Positions 1 through 11,152 of a stretch of 64,000 nt of DNA are shown here, piece after piece. The notes under the pieces are model-generated. The model saw only the letters and a program-made list of their open reading frames with translations. It searched no databases and had not been told where the DNA came from. Location of the stretch: positions 1,860,001-1,924,000 of the forward strand of contig AP024666.1 of NCBI GenBank assembly GCA_024346625.1, read 5' to 3'. The position numbers were made by a program, and so were the translations under genes. Source of the stretch: Williopsis jadinii (lineage: Eukaryota). Position 1 is the first letter of the stretch, and every line of letters begins with the position of its first letter.

Positions 1-238
1 TAGATTTATAATCAAATGTTGTTTCTATGTATGGACATAGATTAAAAAGCTGTTCACTCGGGTCACCCAGACAAGACTAGTCTAAACGAACGTGTCATTT
101 GAGAACCATTGCCTTCGAGTTGATGATTGTATGCACTACAAGTAATTACGCCAGTCTAGGTCATGTGGATTTTTAGAAACGAAAAACACCGTCAATTCTT
201 CCTCTTCCTTTTTTGAAAGAACATTAAAATGAAAACCT

Positions 239-1148
239 TCAAGATGACGAGTGTGGTTTCTTCTTCTCTGCTTGTTCGGCCTTTTCAGCTTCCACCTTAT
301 TCACAAATTGAAGAATTTCGTCGTTGCTCAATTCATATGTCTTTCCAGGCTCAAGAACAGTGATTTCAATGTTCTTTGCGCCCGATTGAACAACTTCTAG
401 CAAACTCTTGACAGCAAGAAGAATCGTATCATCCTTTGTCATTTCCTCTTTGTGGTTCTTTTCCAAAAATTCAAGAACTGTTTTACTACTTCTTCCAATG
501 GCACCTGCCTTCCATGCGGAATAGATACCAGAAGGCTCTGTCTGGTAAAGTCTTGGTACTGTATCATTCCCGTCGAATCCAGCAATCAAAGTTGCAATAC
601 CGAAAGGTCTAACACCACCGGATTGAGTATATCTCTGTTGCAATTGAGCCACATGTCTTGTGAGGTATTCGATGGTGACGGGGTCTTCCAATGTCAATCT
701 ATGCGATTGTGCCTCGACTCTAGCATTGTCGACAAGGACTCTTGCATCAGCGTTCAGTCCAGCAAATGCCAAATACACATGAGAATCAATCTTGTTTATC
801 TTACTCGGTGTGATACGAGGATCTTGCAGCTTTAGTGTACTACGTCTCTCACACGCGAGAACCACAACATCTTTACCCTTGACACCAACTGCGGACGTAC
901 CTCTCTTAACAGCTTCCAGGGCGTATTCAACCTCTTGATAAAACTTATGTTAGTAAATAGTAGGGAATAGTCTCTTTCATTGGGAACATACGGAAAACGT
1001 GTCCATCAGGACTGTGTGATTCAGTGTTAGTAAATCTCAAACCCAAGGTGGCGACAATTCAAGGGGACACATTCCTATGAATTGAGTTGTCAGATCGCCC
1101 AAAAGACACATACCTGAAAATAGACAGAGCACTATCGTAACCACTCAT
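239..1148 (-). CDS. PRE6: 20S proteasome subunit alpha-4, 3 exons (1148-1114, 1011-992, 933-239), 249 aa
   Basis: Spliced N-terminus [23 protein letters not shown] is the alpha-subunit signature. GTATGT donors at 1113 and 991; TACTAAC branch points at 1032-1026 and 955-949; acceptors CAG and AAG. Exon lengths sum to 750 nt. Contains [12 protein letters not shown] motif. Confidence 0.95.
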
Positions 1149-1353
1149 TGTACTGCTAGCTTGGTTGATTTAAAGAACCTTGCCTCTATGAATTGAAGAA
1201 TTACTGGTAGTTGTTTCGTAAACAAAGATCTTGAGGATCGTTAAGAGTTGGAAAGTTTGGAACTTTACATCAAATTTTCGCGAACGCATTTTAACATAGC
1301 CTTTGAAGGCACTCTCTGGATGAAGCTGTACTTGAAAGGTGTCCCCCATAGAT

Positions 1354-1725
1354 ATGGCTAAAGAAGGTAAAAAACCACAGAAGCAGAAGAAACCATCTGT
1401 ACCCAATAGAGATGGCTTTTCAAGAGCTTCTTTCCTGTATCAAGCGGCACACGTCACCAAGGACCCCGAAGTTTCACGAATGTACATTAGGCTAATGGAT
1501 CTCGTCACGAAGAGAACTGTTCTTAAAGTAAGCCCTCATGTTAAAAGAAGCATTTGTAAGAGTTGTAATAGACTACAGCAACCTGGGAAAACTTCCATGA
1601 TGACTTTAGAGGAGGAAGGTAGGAAATCAGAAACTCTACAAATCGAATGTGTTTGTGGAACTACGAAACGATTCCCCGTGGGCAAGAACAAGGACTATAT
1701 ACCCTTTGTCGACAGGAAACGATAA
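1354..1725 (+). CDS. RPR2: RNase P subunit Rpr2/Rpp21 family
   Basis: R-x-SFLYQAA motif, KRSICKSC...IECVCG zinc-ribbon cysteines; first ATG at 1354. Confidence 0.8.
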   Translation: MAKEGKKPQKQKKPSVPNRDGFSRASFLYQAAHVTKDPEVSRMYIRLMDLVTKRTVLKVSPHVKRSICKSCNRLQQPGKTSMMTLEEEGRKSETLQIECVCGTTKRFPVGKNKDYIPFVDRKR

Positions 1726-1819
1726 TATCATACATACTTCCTCATAACGACGTCGATGACCTTTCTTTTTTCAATTAGCGTATAATATGTACACGTATCG
1801 GTTGTGCTCTGTATGGTGA

Positions 1820-2379
1820 TCATAACAACTTTGGCTTGCCATTGTTGTCGTTTCTTCTTGGACGATAGATCTATTCTCTATTAGTAACTTGTGAGCTCTT
1901 GAGTCATTTTATGAAGGACTTACATTTGCACCAAACCAGTTGTAGTGGAACCCAAGTTCATGTGCAATGATCTCGCCGAATCCCAGCATGAGACCGTTGA
2001 TGAACGGTAGTATAAGGTTGATGGAAAGAGATGCCAGTATAGAACCGAACGTACGACCCTGTGTATTAGACGTTAGTGCCCTGGATTCAACAGGTTCGCT
2101 TTGCTCAATCTCTCTGGAGATTATTTCTTCTACTTCATCCAATTCATCCTGTATTTGTACGATCTCACGGGCCAATTCATCCGCCACTTCTCTCGTGATC
2201 TCTTCAGCAATATCCTCAACAAATTGATCATAAGCAGCATCCTCCTGAATGATTTCTTCAATTACATCTTCAATTACATCTTGAATTGCCTCAGATTGTT
2301 CTTCGTCAACAGCTTCTTCTTCTTCTTCGATATTCTCAGGCTCTCTTTCGTTCTTTGATTCCTCGTATATGGCAGACAT
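1820..2379 (-). CDS. MIM1: Mitochondrial outer-membrane import protein Mim1/Tom13, 2 exons (2379-1924, 1870-1820), 168 aa
   Basis: INLILPFINGLMLGFGEIIAHE Mim1 signature. Intron 1923-1871 has GTAAGT donor, TACTAAT branch and TAG acceptor, giving the C-terminus ANIYRPRRNDNNGKPKLL*. Confidence 0.85.
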
Positions 2380-2427
2380 TTTCCTCTCTGGTGTACGATG
2401 TGCCACTTAAGCTAAGACAACGCACCT

Positions 2428-2448
2428 TTGTTGTTGTTGTTGTTGTTG
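2428..2448 (+). repeat. (TTG)7 microsatellite in the MIM1/RTG2 intergenic region
   Basis: Direct read ttgttgttgttgttgttgttg. Confidence 0.8.
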
Positions 2449-2659
2449 TAGCTGTGAATGGGGTTCAATTGTTGGAGAAGGGGGACATTTTTCACCACCC
2501 ACCTCACCAGCTGAAAACACTCTCCTTATGTAATCTCCGCGTGTATTGGAGGGGCTGCTTTCGGTGACAGAGCGATCCACAAATTCACATCCTCCACCAA
2601 CGTCCCACAACCACACAATTAAGAACAAAGGGCAAAACTCACGACAACGAGGTAGAGCC

Positions 2660-4366
2660 ATGTCTTCTTTACATGTAGATACAGAGGATGAAGCTGATGT
2701 TGTTGGTAGAGCATTGATTGGAATTGTGGACATTGGTTCCAACGGTATCAGGTTCAGTATCTCGTCCAAGGCTCCCCACCACGCGAGAACTATGCCATGT
2801 GTTTTCAAAGATCGTGTGGGAATATCGTTATTCGATGCCCAGTATGCTGAGAACTCAAAGGATAAGCGTCCTATACCGACACAGGTTATCAACGAGGTTT
2901 GTGCGGCAATGAAAAGATTCAGATTAATCTGTGAAGATTTCGGTGTACAGGAGAGCGGTGTTAGAATCGTCGCCACGGAGGCAACAAGAGAAGCTGTGAA
3001 CTCCCAGGAGTTTAGAGACGCTATATATGACACCACTGGGTGGGAAGTGGAACTCTTGAACAAAGAAGACGAGGGGAGAATAGGCTCATACGGTGTGGCT
3101 TCATCATTTGATACAATCTCGGGTTTGTTCATGGACCTTGGAGGAGGCTCAACACAAATTTCCTGGATACAATGTGTCAATGGCGAAATCAAGATAAGCT
3201 CAAACCCAGTCTCCTTACCATATGGAGCTGCTGCTTTGACCAGAAGACTACAATTTGAAGACAAAAAGGACCTGTATTTTGAAATTCAAAACGCATACAG
3301 AGAGGCGTTTAAGAAGATTGATGTGCCACAACAACTGCTCGAAGAAGCTGAAAGAAATGGTGGATTCGAACTCTACTCATGTGGTGGTGGGTTAAGAGGT
3401 CTCGGGTATGCCTTACTCTCTGATATCAAAGATTACCCAATCCCAACGATTATCAATGGATTCTCCTGTTCTTTCAACGATTTCATCAACGTTTCCAACT
3501 TCCTCTTTCTGAAAGACGGTCTACCCCAGAAGGACATCTTCAGGGTCAGTGACCGCAGAAGATCACAGCTTCCAGCTGTTGGACTTCTCGTTTCAGCGGC
3601 ATGTGACTCTTTACCAAAGATTAAAACTGTTCATTTCTCTGAAGGCGGTGTTAGGGAAGGTGTTCTATATTCTATGTTACCACGTGAGATCAGAGCCCAG
3701 GATCCTTTGATCATTGCTTCAAGACCTTATGCCCCTCTGCTTGCAGATAAGTATCTGGAACTCTTGAGAACTGCACTTCCTGAGAAATATGTTCCAAGAG
3801 AAGTACGTGAAAGAATCGCACCAGCGCTATGTAACCTTGCGTTTGTCCATTGTTCTTATCCAAAGGAACTACAACCAACAGCTGCACTCCATGTTGCTAC
3901 GACTGGTATCATTGCTGGATCACATGGATTATCGCACAGAACAAGGGCACTTATCGGGATTGCCCTGTGCGATCGATGGGGTGGTGATCTCCCGGATAGC
4001 GAGGAGAGACATAAAACTGCTCTCTGTGACTTGGTTAAACGTGATGGAAGCAGAGTTGAGATGGAACGTATCGTTTGGTGGACTAAATACTGTGGCACCT
4101 TGATGTATGTCATTTGCGGTGTTCACCCTGGGGGTAACATCAGAGATGGTGTATTCAACTTCAAGATCGTCAATGGTGATATGGAAGTTAAGAATGAGGA
4201 TGATAAGCGCAAGTTCGACGTTATTGTCCAACTGTCAAATGATGATATCAAGACAAGTGCCTCTGTTCGAGGAAGAATTCTCACTCTACAAAAGAAGATT
4301 CGTAAATTATCAAGAGGCAGTTCTGAAAAGGTCAAGATAGGCGTGGAAGTTTATGACCATTGTTGA
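2660..4366 (+). CDS. RTG2: Retrograde regulation protein 2 (Ppx/GppA-like ATPase fold)
   Basis: IVDIGSNGIRFSIS, ATEATREA and DLGGGSTQ motifs. Convergent with hexokinase, as RTG2/HXK2 are in S. cerevisiae. Confidence 0.93.
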   Translation: MSSLHVDTEDEADVVGRALIGIVDIGSNGIRFSISSKAPHHARTMPCVFKDRVGISLFDAQYAENSKDKRPIPTQVINEVCAAMKRFRLICEDFGVQESGVRIVATEATREAVNSQEFRDAIYDTTGWEVELLNKEDEGRIGSYGVASSFDTISGLFMDLGGGSTQISWIQCVNGEIKISSNPVSLPYGAAALTRRLQFEDKKDLYFEIQNAYREAFKKIDVPQQLLEEAERNGGFELYSCGGGLRGLGYALLSDIKDYPIPTIINGFSCSFNDFINVSNFLFLKDGLPQKDIFRVSDRRRSQLPAVGLLVSAACDSLPKIKTVHFSEGGVREGVLYSMLPREIRAQDPLIIASRPYAPLLADKYLELLRTALPEKYVPREVRERIAPALCNLAFVHCSYPKELQPTAALHVATTGIIAGSHGLSHRTRALIGIALCDRWGGDLPDSEERHKTALCDLVKRDGSRVEMERIVWWTKYCGTLMYVICGVHPGGNIRDGVFNFKIVNGDMEVKNEDDKRKFDVIVQLSNDDIKTSASVRGRILTLQKKIRKLSRGSSEKVKIGVEVYDHC

Positions 4367-4530
4367 AATGGATGCCTATAACAATACCCAAGGGGGAGAG
4401 GGCCTTCCATTTCTTTTGTTGGCCTATCACTACGTCTTAATAAATTTGTTTATCATCTACCATTCCAAATACTATGTAATTCTTATTACTTTCATTAGTT
4501 CGTTAGCATTATATATTTTAAACTGCTTCT

Positions 4531-6142
4531 TCACTTTTTGATACCAACTGATAAGTTGTTCTTCAATCTCTTCTCTGTCAAAGCAGCGATAATTGCGGCA
4601 CCAGCACCTGAACCATCCTCTGCAGGAACAATAATGATTGGGTAATCCTTTGGAGCAACCTTCCAGTCAAAAATATCTCTCAATCCCTCAGCAGCACGCT
4701 CCTTGAATCCCGGATACTTGTTGTAAACAGAACCATCAGCAGCACAGTGTGCGGTTTGATAGTTTCTCTTCTTGCAGATGGCAGCGATACCACAGACAGA
4801 CAATCTTGCGGCTCTTGTACCGATCAACTCAGCCAGACGACGAATCAACTTACGTTCATCCAAGGTTGTTTCGATACCAGCATCCTTCTTGAACAGTTCG
4901 TCTATGTGCTCAAGTGACTCAGTGTTATCTTGTTCAGCGATCGCTGGAACAGATGTGTCAAAGACGAATGGAACTCTCAACTTGGAAACGTCTTGACTCT
5001 TAAAGATGATCTTCTTGGTGTCGTAGATATCGAGCAAGATCAAACGAATCAACTCACCCAAGTAGTAACCAGCAATCATCTTCTCATAGGTTTGTTGACC
5101 TGGTCTTGGGGATTCTTCGTCGATTTGGATATCGTACTTTGTTCTTGGAAGAATCACGTGTTCGTTATCAAAGGCACCGTATTCACAGTTAATTGCCATA
5201 ACGCTGTCCTCTGTGACATCATCGGCATACAATCCCTCCAACTTGTCAACTGAATGAGCAGCCTCGTAATAAGCACCGTTACAACCAGTACCAAAGATCA
5301 ATCCCATCTTTGTCTCTGGATCGGTGTAAGCAGAAGCCACCAAAGTACCAGTGGTGTCGTTGATCAAAGCGACAACCTCGATTGGAACATCATGTTTCTT
5401 CAACGCATCCTGCAACATTGGGACAACGTCGTGGCCCTCGACACCATCGATATCGTAACCCTTGGTCCATCTCTGCAAGATACCCTCGTTGATGGCACTC
5501 TGGGAAGCTGGGTAGGAAAAGGTGAAACCCAATGGCAAAGGCTTATCAACACCGTTTGGATAGTGCTCATTGACAAACTTCTTCAAACAGACGGCAATGA
5601 ACTCCCATAGCTCTTCCTTCTTTGCAGTTCTGATGTTGTCTGGTAGAGCGTACTTCACTTGGGACGTCTCGAACTTGGAGTTACCAAGCAGATGAACAAT
5701 GACAACTCTCAAGTTTGTTCCACCCAAGTCGATGGCCAAGTAGGCACCAGTCTCCTCACCAGTAGGATACTCCAAGACCCAACCTGGAATCATTGGGATG
5801 TTACCTCCCTTCTTGGAAAGTCCCTTCTGCAACTCCGTCACGAAATAATCGGTGATCTGTTGCAACTTGGACGCTGGAACGACCAACAACTTCTCAAGTT
5901 CTTGGACCTCGCTCACAATAGCAGGTGAAACACCTTCCAATAGGTTCTTTGACATTGTGCCCGTTAGTATTCGATGGCTTGCTATAGCTGCGCTTATCGG
6001 ATGCAAAAATGAGAAAAGCTTAAAAGATTGACGAAACCTTTCGTCGCTCTTTCCGTCGCTCTTTTCTTTTCCGCATCGCTCAACACAGACACAAAAGACA
6101 TAATCGCCGCTTGATCAAACTCACTTCCTTAGTTTGTGTCAT
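4531..6142 (-). CDS. HXK2: Hexokinase; probable 2 exons (6142-6125, 5946-4531), 477 aa; alternative unspliced start at 5955
   Basis: LAIDLGGTNLRV, LGFTFSYP, LINDTTGTL and AEDGSGAGAA motifs. Intron 6124-5947 has GTGAGT donor, TACTAAC at 5969-5963 and an AAG acceptor in phase 0. HXK2 symbol rests on synteny with RTG2. Confidence 0.88.
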
Positions 6143-8485
6143 TTCTTCTAATCTTCAATTATTCCTTAGTGTAGTGTTTAAAGTACTTCAAACACACTGA
6201 CTAGTCTTGTTTGGACAAACTGAAGGAGCAAGAAAGACTTCACAAGAACGGGAATCTGGCCTGCCTTTTATGCAATTCTTAACGTGATGTCGCAACAACT
6301 CCGTCCGGCGGCGCGCGCGCGTTGGGGGTGAAAGTTTTGTGACGTTGTTTGATCTGTAAGTTTATACCACGCCACGCTACGCACAGTGCATGGGAGACTC
6401 GATTTTTTGAGGACATCTCCAGTTTACCTAAAACTCGTCAGCCTCGACGGCCTGGAAGTTTAAACGTGAAATCACAATAAGTGTTTGAGTTGGGTTTCTT
6501 TAGTCATCTCGGCAGAGATATGTGATTTGTTTAAAGAATTACTATCGAAGTCGGCGAGAGACCAGACTACTAATAGGCTAAAGCTGTTGTTCTTTGCCCA
6601 AGCAGCAAAAGGGTTGTGTGTTTTAGTGGGGATTTTCAACATGAGGGGAGAAGTCCGCCATCCGAGGGGTGAGGGCGGTCTGAAAATAATCCATACCAAC
6701 GCTGCGCATTATACAGTGGATTTTCTCCGACGTACGTCGACAACGGAACAGTTTCAAAGTTCAGAACGAGGAAACTGCAATGCACAGGAGAGTTTTAACC
6801 AATTATTAGAGCTAGGCTTTTGTTGCCCTACAGTTTGATCAGAGCTTGTTACATGGAGGTTCATAGGTTTCTTTCCGTTCAATACTCCTGATCCTTCGTT
6901 TTTAAAGATAAAGAACTTCGGTTGGCCCGTAATTAAAAGGGCTCCAAGAAAGCTCTGTTAGAATCTTAACAACTCTGCAGGACTTCACCCAGATTTCTAG
7001 CAAGTCGGAAGTCAAGATCGACTCCTCAGTTACGCTGCTCGGCATTGCTCACTGTGACGTACTTATGTTTTGCCGCGAGCCTAAGTTAATGTACGATGAT
7101 GCATGAAATGTTGTTTTTCTTCGCAAAATTTCCAATCGATAGCATGGTGCCGGAAAATTAACTTTGATTTATACGACATCTCAAGGTTGCAAGACTTGGG
7201 GGCCCCGGCCTGGGGCCCCAGAATCGGGGAAAGCGAGTTGAGACATCACAAGGTGGATCTTGCGTTCCAAGTTTGAACCCTTCGCTTCGTTAGTCATGTG
7301 TATCTTCCTATCAGATAGTAATTTCCAGTTTCTTCATGTGTCTTCCAACAGTATAGGTTACCTTCATTTGGCTTCGCACTTTCATAAGGATTAAAGGACG
7401 TTGCTCTTTGTCGAGGAGTCCTCAGAGCTTTGCGGTCGGAAAATCACCATGCATTATTTTTTCCGGTAAAGCACCCCAAGAACCTAGAGGCAAATGTCCA
7501 ATTCAAAACACCCCCAATTTCCCGTACCCCCCGGTCTCCTGAATCGTGATGCATGAATATGATCAAAAGTGGCGTTAGGCTTTTCATCATCATATTCATG
7601 CATTTCGCTCTTCGGGTATCGCGCCGTCAGTGCTACTTGTTTTGATTTAATCACACCAAGAAATCCTGATATAGGGGCCTGAGGACTACTGCACATGTTC
7701 ACGGTGATCATCCCAGGTCTCTTCAATCTGGAGAAATCCAAAAGTGAAGTTTGACACCAGAAAACTCTTTAGTCTGTACGTCCCCAACATTGAATCAAAA
7801 GCGTAGTTCTCTTTGAGTCCTAATCAGCCCTTTTGCCCAGTAGTTGCCTGATGTTCCGTAAAACCAGAAACTTGTGCATCTTATGTCTCATGGATTACAG
7901 GATAGGTCCTAGTGTCGTATGGGACATATCTGCTGCAATTAAAACGGTTATAAGCTACAGACGCTTTGCTGGTTGCCCTCAAGATTTATTCCGGAGTCTT
8001 GACGTCGTAAATCCATTCTCCTGTGTGTCTGCTTTCGGAAAAAATAGAAATATTCACCTCGCTGATCAGATCATATTTGAGCCGATATGATAATTCTTCA
8101 GCGAACAAATTACCATGATCCGAGTTAGTGATTGTTCAGTAACTTTTTGATCATGCAGATCATCTAAATTGTTAATAACCTGAAGAGGGTTGGTGGCATC
8201 ACACTTCTGTCTGTCATCGCAAATAATCACCGCTACTTTATCAACGGATTACCTGGTTATTTTTCGAAGTTACACTCAATACATTCATACTGAGAGGTAT
8301 TGCATCTCTTTGGTCTCTGACTAGTTATAAGAAATCAAGGCTACCAAAGTTGATCCTGGAAACCTTGGACCAAAATTGCGCGCGACACCCTCGAAAATCT
8401 GGAAAAAAAAATCACATCGGCACAGACTTCAACAGTGTGATCACTGACCACAAAAGTATAAAGACCATTCTTATTTCAATACAAA
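6143..8485. promoter_or_regulatory. Long (2.3 kb) divergent hexokinase/FMC1 promoter with multiple CGGANNA (Rgt1-type) and GGGG-box (Mig1-type) motifs
   Basis: CGGANNA on either strand at about 6723, 6744, 7151, 7437, 7459, 7852, 7987, 8036 and 8245; twin GGGGCCCC palindromes at 7199-7219; CGCG run at 6305-6320. Confidence 0.5.
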
Positions 8486-8917
8486 ATGCCTGCCGCAAAA
8501 ACTGCCTTTGAAAACCTTCATCGTCAATTGCTCATCAACACAAAAGCTGCGGCTAAGAAACAGAATGCGCAAGATCTTAAGAAACGCATTGCACTTCTGT
8601 CATACCAACGTATCAATGCCATAAAGGAAAGGGATGTTTCTAAGACCTCTGAATTGACTAAGAAATTGGAGGAGGTGAAGAAGCAAACGGAGGATCCCCA
8701 GGTGAAGGTTGATCCAAAGCTTTTAGAAGGTGTCAAGGCTGCTCAGCAATCTGGTCATAGTGTGGAGCACATTAACGACATTGCAAACTATCTAAGTTAT
8801 CAGAGGACTTATAATGAGCTTATTGAGAGATATAACCCAGGGTTGAGTATGACACAAGAGGACAAAATAAGAAAAACCGCACACCGTGTTGGTTTTGAAC
8901 TCCCAGATAAGGAGTGA
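8486..8917 (+). CDS. FMC1: ATP synthase F1 assembly factor Fmc1
   Basis: C-terminal YLSYQRTYNELIERYNPG...TQEDKIRKTAHRVG motif. Confidence 0.85.
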   Translation: MPAAKTAFENLHRQLLINTKAAAKKQNAQDLKKRIALLSYQRINAIKERDVSKTSELTKKLEEVKKQTEDPQVKVDPKLLEGVKAAQQSGHSVEHINDIANYLSYQRTYNELIERYNPGLSMTQEDKIRKTAHRVGFELPDKE

Positions 8918-9342
8918 GAATTATGACCTCTACATTCCGTAGATAATTCTCGTCCACTTTGCCGAAAAGGCAAGTATTGTATATTCGAAAATAGTTATAG
9001 TCAAAGTACATAGTTCACAGTGTTAAATAAAGCCTGATTTGTTGACAAACTCGTCATTTGAGGTTCTTGTAACTTCTAATCACGTCTGTATAAATGCCTA
9101 GCCTGGTGTTATGTGGTGCTGGAGCTTAAAGATTCACTCGTTCACTGTTAGGCCCTCCTCTGAAGGCTTGTGTGAGAGTTGCTAGCATAATTACGATCTC
9201 GATAGAGAACCATGTTCCACGCTCGATACTTTGGCATTCATTCGCAATCACTCGCCTTCTCGTTCGCTGGATCAGTAAAGACAGCTGTATATTTAATTTC
9301 TACTGAACAAAGTAAAACATATATGCTGAAAATTCGAAAGTG

Positions 9343-9414
9343 GCTCGCGTGGCGTAATGGCAACGCGTCTGACTTCTAATCAGAAGATTCTGGGTTCGAC
9401 CCCCAGCGTGAGTG
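9343..9414 (+). tRNA. tRNA-Arg (anticodon UCU), intronless
   Basis: GCTCGCG acceptor stem pairs with CGTGAGT; anticodon arm CTGA-CTTCTAA-TCAG; T-loop GTTCGAC; oligo-T Pol III terminator at about 9429-9438. Confidence 0.97.
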
Positions 9415-10033
9415 CCATCTTCAATTTCTTTTTTTTTTGCAAAAAGCGTGTTGCAAACTGATCTTCTTCTAAGACCCTCAAGGCCAGCTAGCTGTGTTAC
9501 ACTATGTTAAAGAACACTAATAGTCACCTACTACATATGTGATTCTTTCTTTAAAATAACGCACAGAATCACACATCGCGTTTAATGGCTGTGTGTCTTT
9601 CAATACTGTGAACGCTATGTAACATCGTTTTCAGCTAAGGTAGATCAGTAATGCCCACCGTGGAATGTCACTGTACGGCATTCTCCAAAAATGTGATGGT
9701 AGAATCCCCATCAATAATACAGCTACACAGCTTGAAAATAGAGTCTATGGAGATCCAAATGAACTCCAACTGCAGTATTATACCTGGGCTAAGTAAAAGA
9801 ACAAACCATAAAAGAAAAACCTCTGTGTATATCCCGAGAAGAGTAGCTTTGTTTTTCCGGGGCAATTCCGATTCACATTTATGTGTCCCTACCAATATCT
9901 TCGTCTGACTAAAACACCCAAACACCTCAAAACCCGGACATCGTTTGGAGGAGGGGGTTTATACGCATCACCCATGAAGAGCCATAATGATCCCCATACG
10001 GTATTGAACAATAACGTTGAACAGGAGCCAAGA

Positions 10034-10414
10034 ATGAGTATAGTGGATCAATTGAATGTCTCAGACTTTTCTCAGGTGGCTCAAGACGCTTCGATTTTGG
10101 CAGATCCAATATCGATAGCCACTATGGACGTAGAAGGAGACGAAGGATATACGTCTTCATCGGAATACGAATACGACACTGATGATTCCTTGGAACATGA
10201 ATTGGCCTTGATCAATGCACAGCTACAATGGGAGGAATCTGTGTCACAGCTGAAGCTGCTGTTGAATATTGTAATACTACCTGTCATAGGGAAGGCTATA
10301 GGTAGAAAACTAGCTGGGTTCAGTGAGTCGTCCAATATTCATGATCTTTTGGGCTCTTGGTTTTACTAACAATCGAATACAGTATGGAGAAAGATGTGGG
10401 ACCTGTTCTATTGA
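10034..10414 (+). CDS. MIM2: Mitochondrial import protein Mim2, 2 exons (10034-10322, 10383-10414), ~106 aa
   Basis: Acidic stretch followed by AQLQWEESVSQL...VILPVIGKAIGRK Mim2 signature. Intron 10323-10382 (GTGAGT...TACTAAC...CAG) gives the end IWRKMWDLFY*. Start codon uncertain (9974 is an alternative). Confidence 0.78.
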
Positions 10415-10470
10415 ATAGAACAATATATTAAGACATTATTTTGCATCTATGTGTACATAGTTCACACCAT

Positions 10471-11152
10471 CTAATACAACTTGGTCAAATGATACGACGC
10501 CCTTTTGAATAGTAGGTCGTGATATGGCTTTAGCATTCTATGTGAAAGATTTTGGACCAGTATGCTATCCAATAGTCTCAACTCCATATGTGAGAGATCC
10601 TTTGAACCTATCAGCTCCCTCAACTTCTTCAACTTCAGCAGTAGTACTTTTGATATCGACTTAACAACCAACGTTGAATCCACACTATATTTTACACCAT
10701 CATGAAGGCCTTCAACATCGAAGCTCTTTTGTGATGTCTCGCTTACTGTACCCATCATGGTGGCACCGAGACCATCTCTATTGGTAAATAAACGTGCTAG
10801 AGTCTCGTTAAACCTGTAAAGTTCAACAGGTAATTCTTGACCATTGAAAGCAGATCCGATTTCTAGTCCCAGTTCGTAGAAATGATCATCAAGACTGATT
10901 GAAATTAGTACACGGGGTCTCTTATGCTGTTCATCGTAAAAGGACCTACTTCTGAACGAATTGCTCGTTAACGTGACCAGTATCCTCCGATGTTATCTTT
11001 ATTGTCTCCAAGTACCAGAATTCCCTTTCTTGTCTTACTTGTTGGTTAGTTTCATCAGTCCAATTGTCGTATAACCTCAACACATCTTACATATCATAGA
11101 TGAACTTGAGCTTGACCATTGTATCAGCTATTCTATCGTTGAGGGATGTCAT
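10471..11152 (-). CDS. Uncharacterised 3-exon protein (11152-11091, 11033-10950, 10894-10471), 189 aa
   Basis: Introns GTAAGA..AACTAAC..AAG (11090-11034) and GTAGGT..TACTAAT..CAG (10949-10895) join a single open frame of 570 nt; no family recognised. Confidence 0.6.

Noticed and set aside
9415..9417. Genomically encoded CCA directly after tRNA-Arg
   Set aside because: Expected by chance about 1 in 64; eukaryotic CCA is added post-transcriptionally and a normal trailer plus oligo-T follows.
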